Notes: generated by a model from the letters alone, not told the origin. Shown: positions 1-13,299, counted from the first letter of the stretch. The stretch is DNA of 64,000 bases from Mugilogobius chulae (GCA_046056395.1 CM100124.1:623968-687967), one strand, 5' to 3'. Numbers and translations are program-made.

Positions 1-255
1 GAGCTCAACAGTGACCGCCCACTTTCAATTCAATTCAATTCAATTTATTTGTATAGCCCAAAATCACAACAGCAGTTCTCTCAGCGGACTTTACAAGATG
101 TTGATTTAGCAAACAAGATTTGTCAGAAAATCAAACAGTGAAACATTTGGTCAATGTCACAGAAACAATGTAAAATTAGAAACAATCATTATTAGGAAAT
201 GCAGGCAGATTGTTACAACAACAAAGTGGCAAATAAAATTTGTCCCAGAGCATCC

Positions 256-355
256 CCTGTCCTTAGACCCTCCTTCTGTCCTTAGACCCTCCTTCTGTCC
301 TTAGACCCTCCTTCTGTCCTTAGACCCTCCTTCTGTCCTTAGACCCTCCTTCTCG
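256..355. repeat. Minisatellite, ~22-bp unit (TCCTTAGACCCTCCTTCTG) x ~5
   Basis: Direct tandem copies visible in the sequence. Confidence 0.8.
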
Positions 356-1350
356 GCAAGGAAAAACTCAAAAAAACCCATTGGGGGAAAAAGAGAAACC
401 TGGAGGAGAACCACAGTGAAAGAGGGATCCACTCCCATGGACGGACAGGCTGTAGATGTGACCAGGACTGACGTATGTCCAGATGTAATTAGAAGTTTAA
501 GTCTGTGGAGTCAGTAATCAGATAGACAATTTTTCTAGCAGGACGAAGACAGCCAGTCAAAGAGAGGCTGGAGTGGAACCATGAGCGAGGTCCAGGATCT
601 CAAGATTCGGTGGAATCCGAAGTCAAGATTCGGTGGGATCCGAGGTCCAGGCATCGACACTGGAGCAGGAGCATCTGGAACAGATACACTCCCCAGAGGG
701 GAGTGGGACAAGGGACAACATGTGAATAGCAAAGAACAGATTATGGATAAACTAAGTAATGAGATGTTCTTTACAGGGAATTAGGAGAAATAACGAAAAC
801 AGGCAAGGGAAGGGAAGTTTATATGTTTATATAGAGCACAATTTGTACACAGAGAAGAGCGTGAAAATTACAAAGCAGGAGGACAAACTCACACAAAAAT
901 ACAAGAACAATAGTGCAGAAAGTGCATACAGTCAAATGCACGTATAAACAAAGATTGCACAAATAATCAAAGATGACTGAGTATGAGTTTTGTAAGGACA
1001 CTCATGGACACTCAGGCCCCGCCCACGCAGGCTCTAAGTGCAGTAGTGTTTTATTATGCACAATTGTTGTGCTTACACTGATTTTAAGTTTAGATTTTCG
1101 ATAGAGATGATATGGACTCAGGTTGTTATATTGCAATAAATAAATTTGGTCTCATGGCAGCCAAATTTTGGCCTGTGGGTTATATTCCGCGTCTTTATTT
1201 TTCCTAACGCAGTTTTGCCGCTAGCTGGTTAGCATACCTTTCCCAAATTCTTAAACTTAACCAAATTAATTTAACCTAAACCTAACCCTAACCTTACCCA
1301 AATCCCTAAAGTAAATAATTTAAAATATAAACTTTTGCTAGCATAGCCAC

Positions 1351-2008
1351 TAGGGATGCACGTTTTCAAAAATTTCTTTAACCGGTTAGTTGGAGCTCTT
1401 CGCGGTCAATAATCGGTTAACCGAACACGTTAACGCGGTACTTTTTTTATTGTTGTTATTTTCACTGGACGTGTTATAATTAGACACAGCAGCGCTACGA
1501 GAGTGAATTTAGAGCAGAGAGACAGACACAGGCCTTTAAACTGGGCACAACACGGCTGAATAGAAGCCTCTATAAACACTGTTTTAATGCACTTTTGCAC
1601 TATGTATTATATAAAACTACTCTCAAATAAGGAGTCATGTTTTAAAGTTGCTGCTAACGTTAGCTGCTAACCTTAGCTTGTCTTGAACAAGTAAAAACAT
1701 CGATAGTTTCCCAGGCAAGCCCAGTCTGTTTTCTTCACCAACATAAAATCCAAGTTAATTAATCCATGCATGGTTGATATTAGTTCATAAACACTGCAGT
1801 GTCACAGGTTTGCTCAGTCCTTCTGAGATAAACAGTGTTTTTGTAGTTTTAGCGATCTTTTTTCCTTCTCTGACAAACGCCAGAGCTGTTCAGGGGCAGT
1901 TGGCGCCATCTGCTGGAGCAACTGTCAGTTAACCGGTGAAAGACGTCTCACTCGAACAAGGCATTAGTCACAGTTAACCGGTTAATCGGTTAACCATGAA
2001 CATCCCTA
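1351..2008. mobile_element. hAT-like non-autonomous DNA element (MITE), ~660 bp
   Basis: Terminal inverted repeats TAGGGATGCACG… / …catcccta, reminiscent of the Ac/hAT terminus TAGGGATG. Flanked by a perfect 8-bp target-site duplication ATAGCCAC (1343-1350 and 2009-2016). Internal AACCGGTTAA-rich palindromic sequence and no long ORF. Confidence 0.7.
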
Positions 2009-2067
2009 ATAGCCACTAATGCAAAGTGATGGTGTCTGGCATAACTGGGTTGGAGAAAAAAATCAGG

Positions 2068-2125
2068 CCCCACTTCCTGGTTCCACTTCCTGGTTCCACT
2101 TCCTGGTTCCACTTCCTGGTTCCAC
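2068..2125. repeat. Minisatellite, 16-bp unit (TTCCACTTCCTGGTTCCAC…) x 4
   Basis: Direct tandem copies. Confidence 0.7.
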
Positions 2126-3648
2126 AGTCTCAGATCCCATGTTAAAGAGGAGATTAGATACAAAATGATATTAGAAGTTTGTAAACGTGCTCGGGGCTAA
2201 GCAGCTCTGTGTGAGTCAGGAGCATATAAACTACATTTTTGTTTAAAACCGTTTCTTCAGCTTCATAAACTATGAAGTTATTACGACATGTCTCTCAATA
2301 ATCGTAACACTAACATTTGATACCGTGACGTCCCCAGTGGAAGTCACAACTTAACTTAATCTGAATAAAATGTCCAATAATATGAGATCAACAGCAGCCA
2401 ATAAATCAGTCTCATTATGTTCAATTAAAACTAGCACAACTATGATATCGGCTAAATCAATATCATGGAGCCGATACTCGATCCAGCAACATTTCCTGGA
2501 TCGGCACCGATATTCGATCCCAGTATCGGATCTGTGCATCTCTAGTTTAGACTGAAAACAACCGCGCTGTGGATCTGAGTTAGCACATATATATACAGCC
2601 GATATTTTGAGGCTGATATTTGGCTGTTTAGTTTTGCATATCGGCCTTATTTTGGCCGATATTTGAGCTGACAGTTGTTTGAACCTAAGCCTTCAAATAA
2701 AAAAAGTCCTCCAAAATTCAAAAACTTTAATAGGACTTTTGTATTGGCTCCGCCTACATTTGTTTGAGTAATTTTAGGTCCTAAAACACATTTCTCCCTC
2801 AGTGACCTTCAGCTTTTACAGAGGAATGATCAAAACACAAAATATTCCAAATCTAGAGTCATTTATGTCTCAGCTGTAACACCAGCTTTACCTGTCCTTA
2901 TATCTACCAAAAAACATGTAGGCTGAATTTAGATTGTGATTGTCTTTTGTTTGGAGAAAGTTCTCACTTCTGATGAGCCTCTTGGACATCAGAAGTAAAA
3001 ACTACAGACACAGCTTTAAAAAGACTCCAGACATTTGCCTGAGCTCCAAAGGATCAGTTTTACATTTAGATCATTTTTGTCAGACGTGTGAGGGGAAATA
3101 GGTCTGAATGAGAAGGAGTTAAAGTCACGTGAAGTAAAAACTGGCACATCTCACCCACTTTCCCTGTTTATATAAAAATAAGACATTTATAAAGACTAAG
3201 TATTGACTGTACAATGTTCAAACTACCAAACAAAACTAGACTGAAAAGAGAGAGTTTGATTCTTTAACATGTCGCTGTCGTCCACCCATGTTTCTTTCAG
3301 TCTGGTGATCTAGTATATTAATGACTTTTGTATCTCTTTATCCTCTGTGTCTGAAGTAAAGTCGTGTGGTGACGTCATGTGAACAGAGATTATTGATCTT
3401 TGGAGAGACAGATAATACTTGACAGCGCTGCACTTTTCAGACGTTTGGACTCGGGACAAAAAAACTCTTATTGATCCTGCGCATTTTTCTCTCTCGTCAC
3501 AAACGATCACAAAGTCTTTCCATCTTCAACAGCAGCAGCAGCAGAAAACGTCTGACGGAAAACAAGGACTGCAATAAGTAGAAGTGGACGATTAATCACA
3601 ACTAATCATTATAGTAATCAAATAATTTACTGTGGAAACAAAAGTTTT

Positions 3649-4262
3649 TAGGGCTGGGCGATATGGTGAAAAATTAATATCACGATTTTCTTGGAGCCAG
3701 ATCACGATTTCGATTTTATCACGATTCTTGTAAGCTGTCTAGTTTCAAATACAATCGTCTGCTTGTTTTAGAAAGTTCCTTCTTCACCGTCAAAGTCTAG
3801 ATCCAGTCATTACAGGCTGATCGGTGTTGCCAGATTTTCAGAGAAAAACAAGCGACCAATTCCAAAAAAAGTGCCCTCAAACTTAAGAAAATAATTATAA
3901 AAAAATCATATAATTAGAACGTTGTGTTTCTCCACAAAACAAGTTTCTGTCATAACCACTTCTAGACATGAATATACTGTATGCTAAAAGTCCATTCTTA
4001 TTTTTAAGTCGGACCTGAAAAATGATTAAAATTCATCTCTTTTATGACTTGAAAGTGCAGCCCCCAAAAACACAACCTTCCACATTCATAAGAGACTTTG
4101 AAAAAAAAAAAAAAAACAGAAGAAGAAAACTCTGAGGCTGAAAAAAGTAGGTTGAAAATAATTGTCTGTATTTTAACAAACAAATTAATTAAATAGAGAA
4201 CTGGGAAATCACAATTTGACTATTTCACGATTTGATTTTTATCACGATACTGCCCAGACCTA
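3649..4262. mobile_element. hAT-like MITE
   Basis: Terminal inverted repeats TAGGGCTGGGCGATAT (5') and ATACTGCCCAGACCTA (3'; reverse complement TAGGTCTGGGCAGTAT). Internal ATCACGAT/ATCGTGAT palindromic motifs. The target-site duplication is not cleanly resolved. Confidence 0.5.
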
Positions 4263-4290
4263 AGTCAGACAAAAGGTAATTACTTTAAAA

Positions 4291-4882
4291 CAGGGCTATT
4301 CAAATAGCGGCCCGCGGGCCAAATGCGGCCCACTAAGCAATATAATGTGGCCCACCATGGTAAAATGGGCCATAAACTGGACCACATTGTAAAGAAGCCT
4401 GGGAAACACTCTGTATCTGATTTACAGTGAACAGTGGTAAATACAGCAAGATAATGCTAAGCAATAAAGACTGGCCCATCATAGTAAAGTGGACCATGGA
4501 CTGGGCCACATTTCTTGGTTAGATCTGCTCTTAAGTAGCCTGCAGTAGTTTTAAATCAACTTAATCAGCTAAAATGCCACTGATATTTGTTTTGTTCAGT
4601 TCATAATATGTGCTCTAGGCCTGTTCCAAATTATGGTTCACCCTTGAAGTAGCAAAAATATGGACCTAGAGACATAGAGTTGGATTAACTCTAGGTTTCT
4701 GATTTGCTCACGTTCTAGCTTTAATTTATCTCTGCTAGTGTAAGCCTGTTATTGGACAGAGCATTTTCGATTAATTTTCAATTTACTAAACATAAGTTCT
4801 TGGAGCAGTTTTGTTGTGCGGCCCACAGACCATAGTCCTTTGAAAAATCTGGCCCCCTGGAAAATATAATTGAATAGCCCTG
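4291..4882. mobile_element. hAT-like MITE, ~590 bp
   Basis: Terminal inverted repeat CAGGGCTATTCAA… / …TTGAATAGCCCTG. Perfect 8-bp target-site duplication CTTTAAAA at 4283-4290 and 4883-4890. Contains a GGCCCGCGGGCC motif and no ORF. Confidence 0.75.
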
Positions 4883-5400
4883 CTTTAAAACGACACCAGA
4901 CATGAGACCAAATTGACTGAAAAATAAAAATCTACTGTAATTTCTAGGTTGTGTGTGTATGTCGGTGTAGGCTTTTAGACCGCAGACACGAGGCTTTTAT
5001 TACAACACACGCGTCAGAGTAAACAGGCTAAATAAGCTCTGAAGAGACTCTGAAACATCTGTAATAATCACTGCTCTTCTGACGTCCAACAGTGAGACTG
5101 AAGCTGAAGTTCAGATCTTAAATCTCTAAGTTTATTTTGTTTAAACGTCAAGTGTGCACATTATTTATCTCTGTGCATTTACCTCTGTGGAAGTTTTCTT
5201 CTGCTGTTACTGACGTGAGAGCTCATAAACTGGCCAACGGATTTATCTCGTGATATTTGTGAATTCACAAACACGAGACAAACCATCTGACCTTCCAGCC
5301 GCCCGATTGGTTTGAGAGTCCGAAACAGCGGTGTTTCGGGAGTGTTAAGACGGCTGTTAGCATCCCGGCGCCGCCACCGAGTCTGATTCAAGCGAAACAA

Positions 5401-5487
5401 AGATGGCTGCTCTGTGGATGTTTGTGTTTCTGCTGCTTTTGATGGTTTTAGCAGAAATACAGAGTCATTTCTTTTTGAAAGAAGAGC
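5401..5487 (+). CDS. Candidate first coding exon of an unidentified secreted or membrane protein: MAALWMFVFLLLLMVLAEIQSHFFLKEEQ, then a GTATGT donor
   Basis: ATG in a good Kozak context (aaagATGG). The ORF opens with a hydrophobic signal-peptide-like stretch. A strong 5' splice-site consensus GTATGT immediately follows. A CCAAT box (ATTGG at ~5305) and a GC-rich segment lie upstream. No downstream exons were identified. Confidence 0.25.
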
Positions 5488-6129
5488 AGTATGTGTAACA
5501 CGTACTTGTTCAGTCCCACGTGGACATTAGATACACCATTACGAGTTGTTGCTGTGATTGGTTAAGCACAAATAAGGTCGGCCCCACACCCAATCAGCTC
5601 CAAGTATTTCACTAAACGCCCCGCCTTTTCCCAAACGCTTTCAACCCAGATGGATATAGTCTATTATAATTTGCACTCTTTATTATTGTGACCAAAATAA
5701 TCGTGATCAATGATATTATCACGATAATTTACTAAACGTAAAAGTGCACAGATTCAAAATCACTGAAATATTTATAAGAGCACAGTATGTATGTGTTTGA
5801 ACAACTAGGTATTGTATTTTGGTCTAAATACAATTAATAATGATTCAAAGTGAACAAATGTTTACAATGTTGAGCAAAAATCTACTAACTTTGTCTCAGA
5901 GTCATTAATTAACTTTAACACATGAAGCTTTTCTGTGTTTAACCATAAAACAGCTTTTACTGGGTTCACAGCGTCAGATTTTAGATGTTTTTATGAAGCC
6001 ACAGGTGTCTGCTGCTTTAATTGAGATTCATTGCGATTACGATTATCACGATAATGAAAAAACGCCACGATTCTTTAATCGTGGCCCTTAATTATCGTGA
6101 TTAGCGATAATATCGTATATCGTCCCATG

Positions 6130-6340
6130 AAGATAGGAGTTCAACACAGATCCATCTGGAGTGAGCCAGAGTCCTGTACTACGAAGCTAGATTTGGGGTT
6201 TAGCGAGGTAAGTTCTGGGTTAAACCTGGTCTAGCGGTCCTACGAAACTGGATCACGTCCTATTGTGGCAACATGCGGCAAACTCATAACCTGCTTCGGA
6301 CCAGGATAAGTTCCCGAATAAGTTAAAGGGACTGTACCTG
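6130..6340. repeat. Dispersed repeat (SINE or MITE-like); a second copy in inverse orientation lies at ~37385-37590
   Basis: GTCCTGTACTACGAAGCTAGATTTGGGGTTTAGCGAGGTAAGTTCTGGGTTAAACCTGGTC… is present at both loci, reverse-complemented. Confidence 0.6.
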
Positions 6341-7789
6341 ATTTTTGCATCCTAAAAATGTAAACAAACAGATATAATTAATTTTAACCTTTTTCCTTCA
6401 GGCTGCATGATTTCCTCACGTAGCTAATGCATTCTGAGCTTCAGAATTGTTCATCATGATGAGTTTTAATGTTTTTTCACAGCTTTTAACAGCGAGGTGA
6501 GTCACTATGCTAACAACAGTTAGCCACAATGCTAAAAACAAAAACAGAAAAAGCTGCACACAAACGGGATTTTATTAGACATAGACAGGACTTTGGGGAC
6601 TAATTTCCACCTGAATAGATACATTAACAAGGCATCAGTGCTAGGGGGGAAACTGCTTTTAAGTTATCTTGTTGCAAAAAAATCGAGTACAGTCCCTTTA
6701 AAAAGACAAGACGCTGGCCAATCAGAGACGAGAATTTAGGCGTTTGTGAAGAGAGAGGGCAGACAGAGAGAGAGGGCAGTGGAGAAATGAGGAAATGCAA
6801 AAGTCACGGCGTATTCTTTTATATCAATTTGATGCGCACGTAGCGTTATAAAGAGGAGCCACGAGATCTAACCCTATCTGTAGCCTAACACTGAAGAATG
6901 TTTAATCTGTGTGATGATTAATAAACGCTTTCACTGTCAAGAAATGATTGAATGCACTTTGTGCACATTTGACTGTGGAACTTTACGCATCACTTTGACT
7001 CAGACAAAAGACACAGCTCATTCAGTCTAAGCGGCCGATCTATTAAATGCGTTATGTCTACGCATTTGTGCTTTAGTCTGTTGTATCCATGCAGGACATT
7101 TAAATGAACTCTTTAGCGTAACGTCTGTGTCTGTGATTGGCCTCGTAAGCGCAGACTCCACTTGAAACTGCAGCGAGTTTACTTCTCTTAGATTTTAAAA
7201 CTCATATATTTCGCTTGATGATTGACGTTTCCTCACGTTTGAAGTCCGCAGCTCGATTGTTCTGATTGGTCAGTTTGCGTTAACCCCGCCTCTGCTCTGT
7301 GAACGCGCACGACTTCATTAAGAAAATCCAGGGTTAACAGATCCAGATGTGAACTGGTTTCATAGACAGTTTATCCAGAGGCTCAGGTCTGGGTTAGTCA
7401 ACCCGGGTTAGAGACACTTCTCCAGGATCAGTTCAGCCACGTTCAGAGTACAGGCCTCTGGTTAGAGAGTTCAGGGTTAATCAGGAAGTGCAGCAGCAGC
7501 AGCAGAGATGGTCAAATAAATCAGAGAAAACATCAGTGTTTGTCTGACTCTTTTTAGTGATCAGGGTCAAGAGAACGAATCATCTCTAAATCAGACCAAA
7601 CCTTTGTCAAATTAAATGGACACAAAATACAAGTTTATGATCAAACATTTTAGTTTCAAATCAGTTTTAATGAAACTCAAGATTATTTTAAGATTATTTT
7701 GCTGAAAATATCAGATTTTGTTCAAATGTTTGTCCTGTTAATGTTTCTGTATTTGTTCAAATGAGGATCTAATTTTAACAACAGTTTTA

Positions 7790-7930
7790 ACATTGATTTG
7801 TAAGATTTTCGACAACTCTACTTTCAGCCTCAGAGCCTTTGCCACGCCCCCTTTTTAGTCGATTAATCGGTCGATGGGACATGTTTTTAGTCGACCAAGA
7901 GTTTCTTTGGTCAACTACAGCCCTACCTGG
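7790..7930. repeat. Solo terminal inverted repeat of the element family seen at 40500-41125
   Basis: Shares …GTCGACTAAAAACATGTCCCAT…AGTAGAGTTGTC… with the termini of the 40.5-kb element. Confidence 0.5.
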
Positions 7931-8496
7931 AAAGCTACAGTAACTGAGTAATCACAACTAATCGATGAACAAAGTGATCATTAGTTGCAGCTCTTTGGCC
8001 AATGTAAAACACAAAACGTGATAAAATTTAAATTGTGATGTTAACTTTTGTTTAACTCCTTCATGGGACATTGTTTTGTCCTTAGGAGCCGGTTGCCGTG
8101 GAGACAGGCTGCGTGCGTTACCGCGGAGACCATCTCTATAGGCGTAGTGTGCATTGTTACCTGTACGGAGCGGTGCATTGTGGGAGCTCGGGCGTGTCTT
8201 AAATACCTCAGACTTATCAGAGTTTACCTGGAGCTTAGTCCCGCCCTGTTTCCACGGCGACGCTGTCAATCACCACACACACATGATTGAGTGTTTCTGA
8301 GTAAAAGGACTTTTCAGATTTATAAAGGTTTTTCTCACAGGTTCAGGGGAAATACACGAGTAGAGAGAGAAAAACAAACATTTACAAGTCTAATTCAGTC
8401 TGAACAACTTTTGTGCAACAATTACAGAAATAATTAAAGGAATAATTAAATATGTTTATGCAGCTTAACGAAAGAGATTAGAATAATACATGTGCA

Positions 8497-8960
8497 CTGA
8501 CTTCAACCTGGTTTAGACCTGGTTTAGGCCTGGTTTAGGCCTGGTTTAGTCCTGGTTTAGACCTGGTTTAGACCTGGTTTAGTCCTGTTATAGTCCTGGT
8601 TTAGTCCTGGTTTAGACCTGGTTTAGTCCTGGTTATAGTCCTGGTTTAGACCTGGTTTAGTCCTGGTTTAGACCTGATTATAGTCCTGGTTTAGACCTGG
8701 TTTAGTCCTGGTTTAGACCTGGTTTAGTCCTGGTTTAGACCTGGTTTAGTCCTGGTTTAGTCCTGGTTTAGTCCTGGTTTAGTCCTGGTTTAGACCTGGT
8801 TTAGACCTGGTTTAGTCCTGGTTTAGTCCTGGTTTAGTCCTGGTTTAGTCCTGGTTTAGTCCTGGTTTAGACCTGGTTTAGTCCTGGTTTAGACCTGGTT
8901 TAGACCTGATTATAGTCCTGGTTTAGACCTGGTTTTAGTCCTGATTTTAGTCCCTACAAC
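8497..8960. repeat. Minisatellite of the 11-mer family (CCTGGTTTAGAC / CCTGGTTTAGTC), ~40 copies
   Basis: Direct tandem 11-mers visible in the sequence. Confidence 0.9.
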
Positions 8961-10249
8961 CTTTAAAAAATCGTGAAATTAAAATCTCTCTAAACCCGAC
9001 TCGTCCTCCAGGCTCCTGCAGAGTCTCAAAAGTCTTAAAGGTCCCGTGTTAAACTGAATGAACTTCAGTCGTGTTATTCTGCTGTTCTTTTACCACATTT
9101 TTTTAAACTATTCTGCTTTTTAGGCTCTCTTATATTTTGTGGATATTTGTGGAAACTCCATCGTGTTTTTTCCACGCACTGAGAAGCTGTGGATTCAAAT
9201 GTAGGCAAATACAAGACTGGAAACACTGGAACGACATAAAAACATTTTCTGTTTGGACACTTCCTGAAAAATGCTAAACTTGTATGAATGAAGCAGAACA
9301 CAGCAGCAGCTTTGTTTCTGATGAATAATTATGTTAAAACAAGTATTAAAAAGGTGCGTAATTTAGCATCTTTGAATTTAAAATGGGAAATGTAAAGTTT
9401 TAAATGTTTTTTCTGAACATGAAGCAGCATTTTTAGACTTAAGACATGACCGACTGTAGATGGGTTTTTGGTGCGTTGGCCTGCGACATGTTTGTGTATA
9501 AAGCAGAGCTGTGGAATATATCGAATTTTAGATAATATCATGAATGTAGTTTTCAAGATATCCAAAAATGGAATATGGAGTATATCGTTCATAGTTAAAA
9601 TTGCCACAAAAAGAACCTAGTGTAAGAATAGAAAATAGAGAAAATGATGCAGTAACTTTCAATTTAGGACATAAATATAACATGTCTGCACTTCTGTGAT
9701 TCTTTTACAACATTTTACTTTGTTCACGTGACATCCCAGTATTCTCCAGACCGATAATACTTCACACAGATGTTTGTAGCTCAAATAAATCTTCAAAGTT
9801 GTAATACAAAAGTGATCAGGTCTAGTCATTTAAGGAAATCACCAGATTGAAACAGTTGAAATGATTTTTTAGATATTTAATGACAAAGTACAAAAATCAG
9901 AAATCTTCTTCACCGTCTACATCAGACCTGGGCAAACTGCGGCCCGGGGGCCAGTTGCAGTCCTTGGACTGTTTTAATTTGGCCCCCAGCACTCTTTTGA
10001 AAATAAGTGTTACCAGTGTCGGGCCGTGCATTTCCTGCCTAGGCCTTCAGTGGAGCTCCTTTTAAATATATTCACTTGTCAATAACCAGCTGATGGATAT
10101 TAAACTATTCTATTACGCAGACACGTGATAAAGAGCAAAGCACCATTACTTCTATAGTCAGAATAAACACATTTACACACACACCCAAAAATATTTACTC
10201 ACCAATAGTCTGAATTACTTGTACACCAAAAACACAAATGGTCCTGAAT

Positions 10250-10700
10250 CTGGAGCTGGTGGTAGTGGGCGCGCGGATCTTGCGCTGGACCCCGTCTTGT
10301 CCCTGAGGCACCCGGCGACGCTTCCAGTGCCTCGTAGATTTCCTCATATTGGCTCCTCTCTCGTGCAGTTATGTTTCCCTCTGCACTTGCTCGTTTAGCT
10401 GTAAATCCACTCTGGGTACGCTAGGTTTTGGAAAGCACCTTGTAAGTGTTCAGAGTTGGCCGGTCTTTCTGAACAATGTCCAGCTTTTCTTGAAAAGTCC
10501 GTCTTGAAAAAGGCTTTACCAACAGACAGCCATTTGATTGGCTGTCTGTGCTTAACAACATTAAGCACAGACAGCCAATCAAATGTCGTAGTTATCGTGA
10601 CGTTGCCGGTGGCCTGCTAGAAGGCCTTGGCGTCGTCAACGTAAAATCTGATTGGTTGAAGCAACAGTTTGATACACACTTATGTTAAGAGACGGAGCCT
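10250..10700 (+). promoter_or_regulatory. CpG-rich candidate promoter region with multiple CCAAT boxes, ~1 kb upstream of the MVP ATG exon
   Basis: CpG-dense 10250-10330. A ~60-bp near-perfect palindrome, ACAGACAGCCATTTGATTGGCTGTCTGTGCTTAA|CAACATTAAGCACAGACAGCCAATCAAATG, contains two inverted CCAAT/ATTGG boxes. A third ATTGG lies at ~10640. No TATA box. No 5'UTR exon was mapped, so promoter assignment is inferential. Confidence 0.3.
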
Positions 10701-11594
10701 TCAAAACTGATTGTGAAGACCTCGGGCAGATTTCACTGACCCTGACAACAACTGATGGCTGAAATATGATTGGTTAAAACAATATATTATGAAACACACG
10801 CCTGAAAGCTGCAAAACGATGGAAATGCTACGAAGAAGCCGATGAATAATTATTGAATTATTATTATTATGCATGCGTGCACTAAATATTAGTTATATCA
10901 GTTTGTTATTTAGATATTTTTAGGCCACAGAGAAGGCCTTGCAGGCCCTGACGGTCCGCCACTGCGTGTTACTCTTTACTTCTTTTATTGGATTGATTTT
11001 GCTATGGAGCATGTGTCTTTGCTTGTTTTCCTAATATTTATCATCAAAAATGGTCAAAATACTGTAGTGGATTAAAAAGCCTGTTTGCACATAATAATGA
11101 TAATTTGTTACACCAATGACCACGGACCGGCCCTCCATCAGTTCTCCGGGTTTGAATCTGGCCCTTAGTGGAAAAGAATTACCCACCTCTGGTCTAGATT
11201 CATGACAACGTTGTATTCTTCAACTTGAACACAGCCTATTGACGTAATAATCGTCTGAAGATCGTTATCGAGATGTGCCCAAAAAATATCAAGATATTCA
11301 TTTTTGTCAATATCACCAGCACAAGTATCAAGGTTTTATTTCATTAAAAAGAAGGATTTTGACAAGGCAAGAGATAACTGAGGGCTTAAAAAGTCTTACA
11401 TTTCTTACTTAAAGTTGTGCAGGAGCCATGTATCTCCTCTGTCTACAGTTCTAGAGAGTCATGTCTAAGAAGTCAGATCCTCTCGTTCTCCTCTTGTTCT
11501 TCTAACGTTCTCCTCTTGTTCTTCTAACGTTCTCCTCTTGTTCTTCTAACATTCTCCTCTCTTTCTTGTGTCTCCAGTTCTTTATTAAAGAGTG

Positions 11595-11758
11595 ATGTCT
11601 AAGAAGTCAGGTCCTCGAGTCGTGGACATGGATCTCCCTGTGGACGCCTCCATCATCAGGATTCCTCCTCATCACTACATCCACGTCTGGACCAGAACAC
11701 CAACATCGCCCGCGTGGAGACCGGACCCGCTGACCTACATCAGACAGGACAATGAGAG
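11595..11758 (+). CDS. mvp: Major vault protein, first coding exon (MSKKSGPRVVDMDLPVDASIIRIPPHHYIH…TYIRQDNER)
   Basis: ATG at 11595 after the acceptor CTCCAG|TTC at 11577. It matches vertebrate MVP ([36 protein letters not shown]) and ends AG|GTGAGT. A 14-codon stretch (…[14 protein letters not shown]…) is out of frame relative to the conserved [14 protein letters not shown]. Two compensating 1-nt indels (cacgtCtgg and ccggAcccg) explain this. Confidence 0.8.
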
Positions 11759-12620
11759 GTGAGTTAGACCCAGTTTAGACCTGACTTAGACCTGACTTAG
11801 ACCCACGTTCTGGACCAGAACACCAACATCGCCCGCGTGGAGACCGGCCCGCTGACTTATATCAGACAAGACAATGAGAGGTGAGAAAGACCGGACCTAG
11901 ACCTGACTTAGACCTGGTTTAGACCCACCTACATCAGACAGGACAATGAGAGGTGAGAGAGACCGGACTTAGACCTGGTTTAGACCTGACTCAGACCTAC
12001 GTCCTCGACCAGAACACCAACATCGCCCGCGTGGAGACCGGCCCGCTGACTTATATCAGACAGGACAATGAGAGGTGAGAGAGACCGGACTTAGACCTGA
12101 CTTTAGACCTGGTTTAGACCCACCTACATCAGACAGGACAATGAGAGGTGAGAAAGACCGTACTTAGACCTGACTTAGACCTGGTTTAAACCCACCCACA
12201 TCAGACTGGACAATGAGAGGTGAGAGAGACCGTACTTAGACCTGATTAGACCTGGTTTAGACCCACCTACATCAGACAGGACAATGAGAGGTGAGAGAGA
12301 CCGACTTAGACCTGGTTTAGACCTGGTTTAAACCCACATCAGACAGGACAACGAGAGGTGAGAGAGACCCAGTTTAGACCTGACTTAGACCGCTAGACCT
12401 GGTTTAGACCCACTACATGGACATGAGAGTGAGAAGACCTGACTTAGACCTGGTTGACGGTTTAGACCGGTTTAGACCCACCTACATCGCAGGACAATGA
12501 GAGGTGAGAAAGACCTGACTTAGACCTGGTTTAGACCGAGTTTAAACCCACCTACATCAGACAGGACAATGAGAGGTGAGAAGACTCGACGTAGACCTGG
12601 TTTAGACCTGGTTTGCTATG
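11759..12620. repeat. Tandem array of ~12 copies of the exon-2 3' end plus its splice donor (…ACATCAGACAGGACAATGAGAG|GTGAGA…), embedded in the 11-mer satellite
   Basis: Two long copies (11805-11885, 12000-12080) encode [26 protein letters not shown]|GTGAG in the conserved frame. Shorter copies repeat …TACATCAGACAGGACAATGAGAGGTGAGA…. Confidence 0.85.
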
Positions 12621-13299
12621 ATAAAACTTTATTGTCCATATGAAAACGGAAATTTGCCTTACATATCTGCAACTGCTGCAAGTCCCACATACAACAGACT
12701 TCATTCATCAACATAAAAGATAAAAATACATGAATACATGCGGTAAGATCATGTGTTCTTCCTTTGGTTTAAAAATGTGATGGAACATGACACAAAAGAA
12801 TGTTTAGATTTATTCCTCCTGCTGCAGGGAAATCGAAAACGCCGTCCAGAGAGTAAGAACTCAAACTCATTGTTTAAAACATGATCTGTGTCTGGAGATC
12901 CTGTAGACCAGCCGTTCCCAAACTTTTTGGAGCCGTGCCCCCCCTATTGGCCCATAGATTGCCTGAGGCCCCTCAGTATTATTTCACACTCCATTCAAAG
13001 TTAGTTAGAATGTATATATTTCATATTAGCATTGGGAATCACTGCTGTACCAATGCCACTGTTTTCTTTGTTTGCAAATGAGTGAATGTGCTCTCAAGGG
13101 GAGGTCCTATTTTGGAGCAGATGTTCAGAAGCCTCTGAATCCTGTTCTTTTGTTTAACCGAAAGGCCACAGAACCAAGCCTTACTGCACTAAAGCAGCAG
13201 ACTTTGGATAGTGACTATATAGAACTGCTCCAAGATGTTTCTGTTGACTCCAAAAGAGCTGAGCCTCATCAGAAACACGATTCGTTGTTGCACAAATCT

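Noticed and set aside
1255-1315. Telomere-like (CCCTAA)-containing stretch AACCTAAACCTAACCCTAACCTTACCC
   Set aside because: Only ~3 degenerate units; too short and diverged to call an interstitial telomeric repeat
8497-8960. Regular direct repeats that might superficially suggest a CRISPR array
   Set aside because: This is a eukaryotic locus and the units are contiguous 11-mers with no unique spacers; a minisatellite
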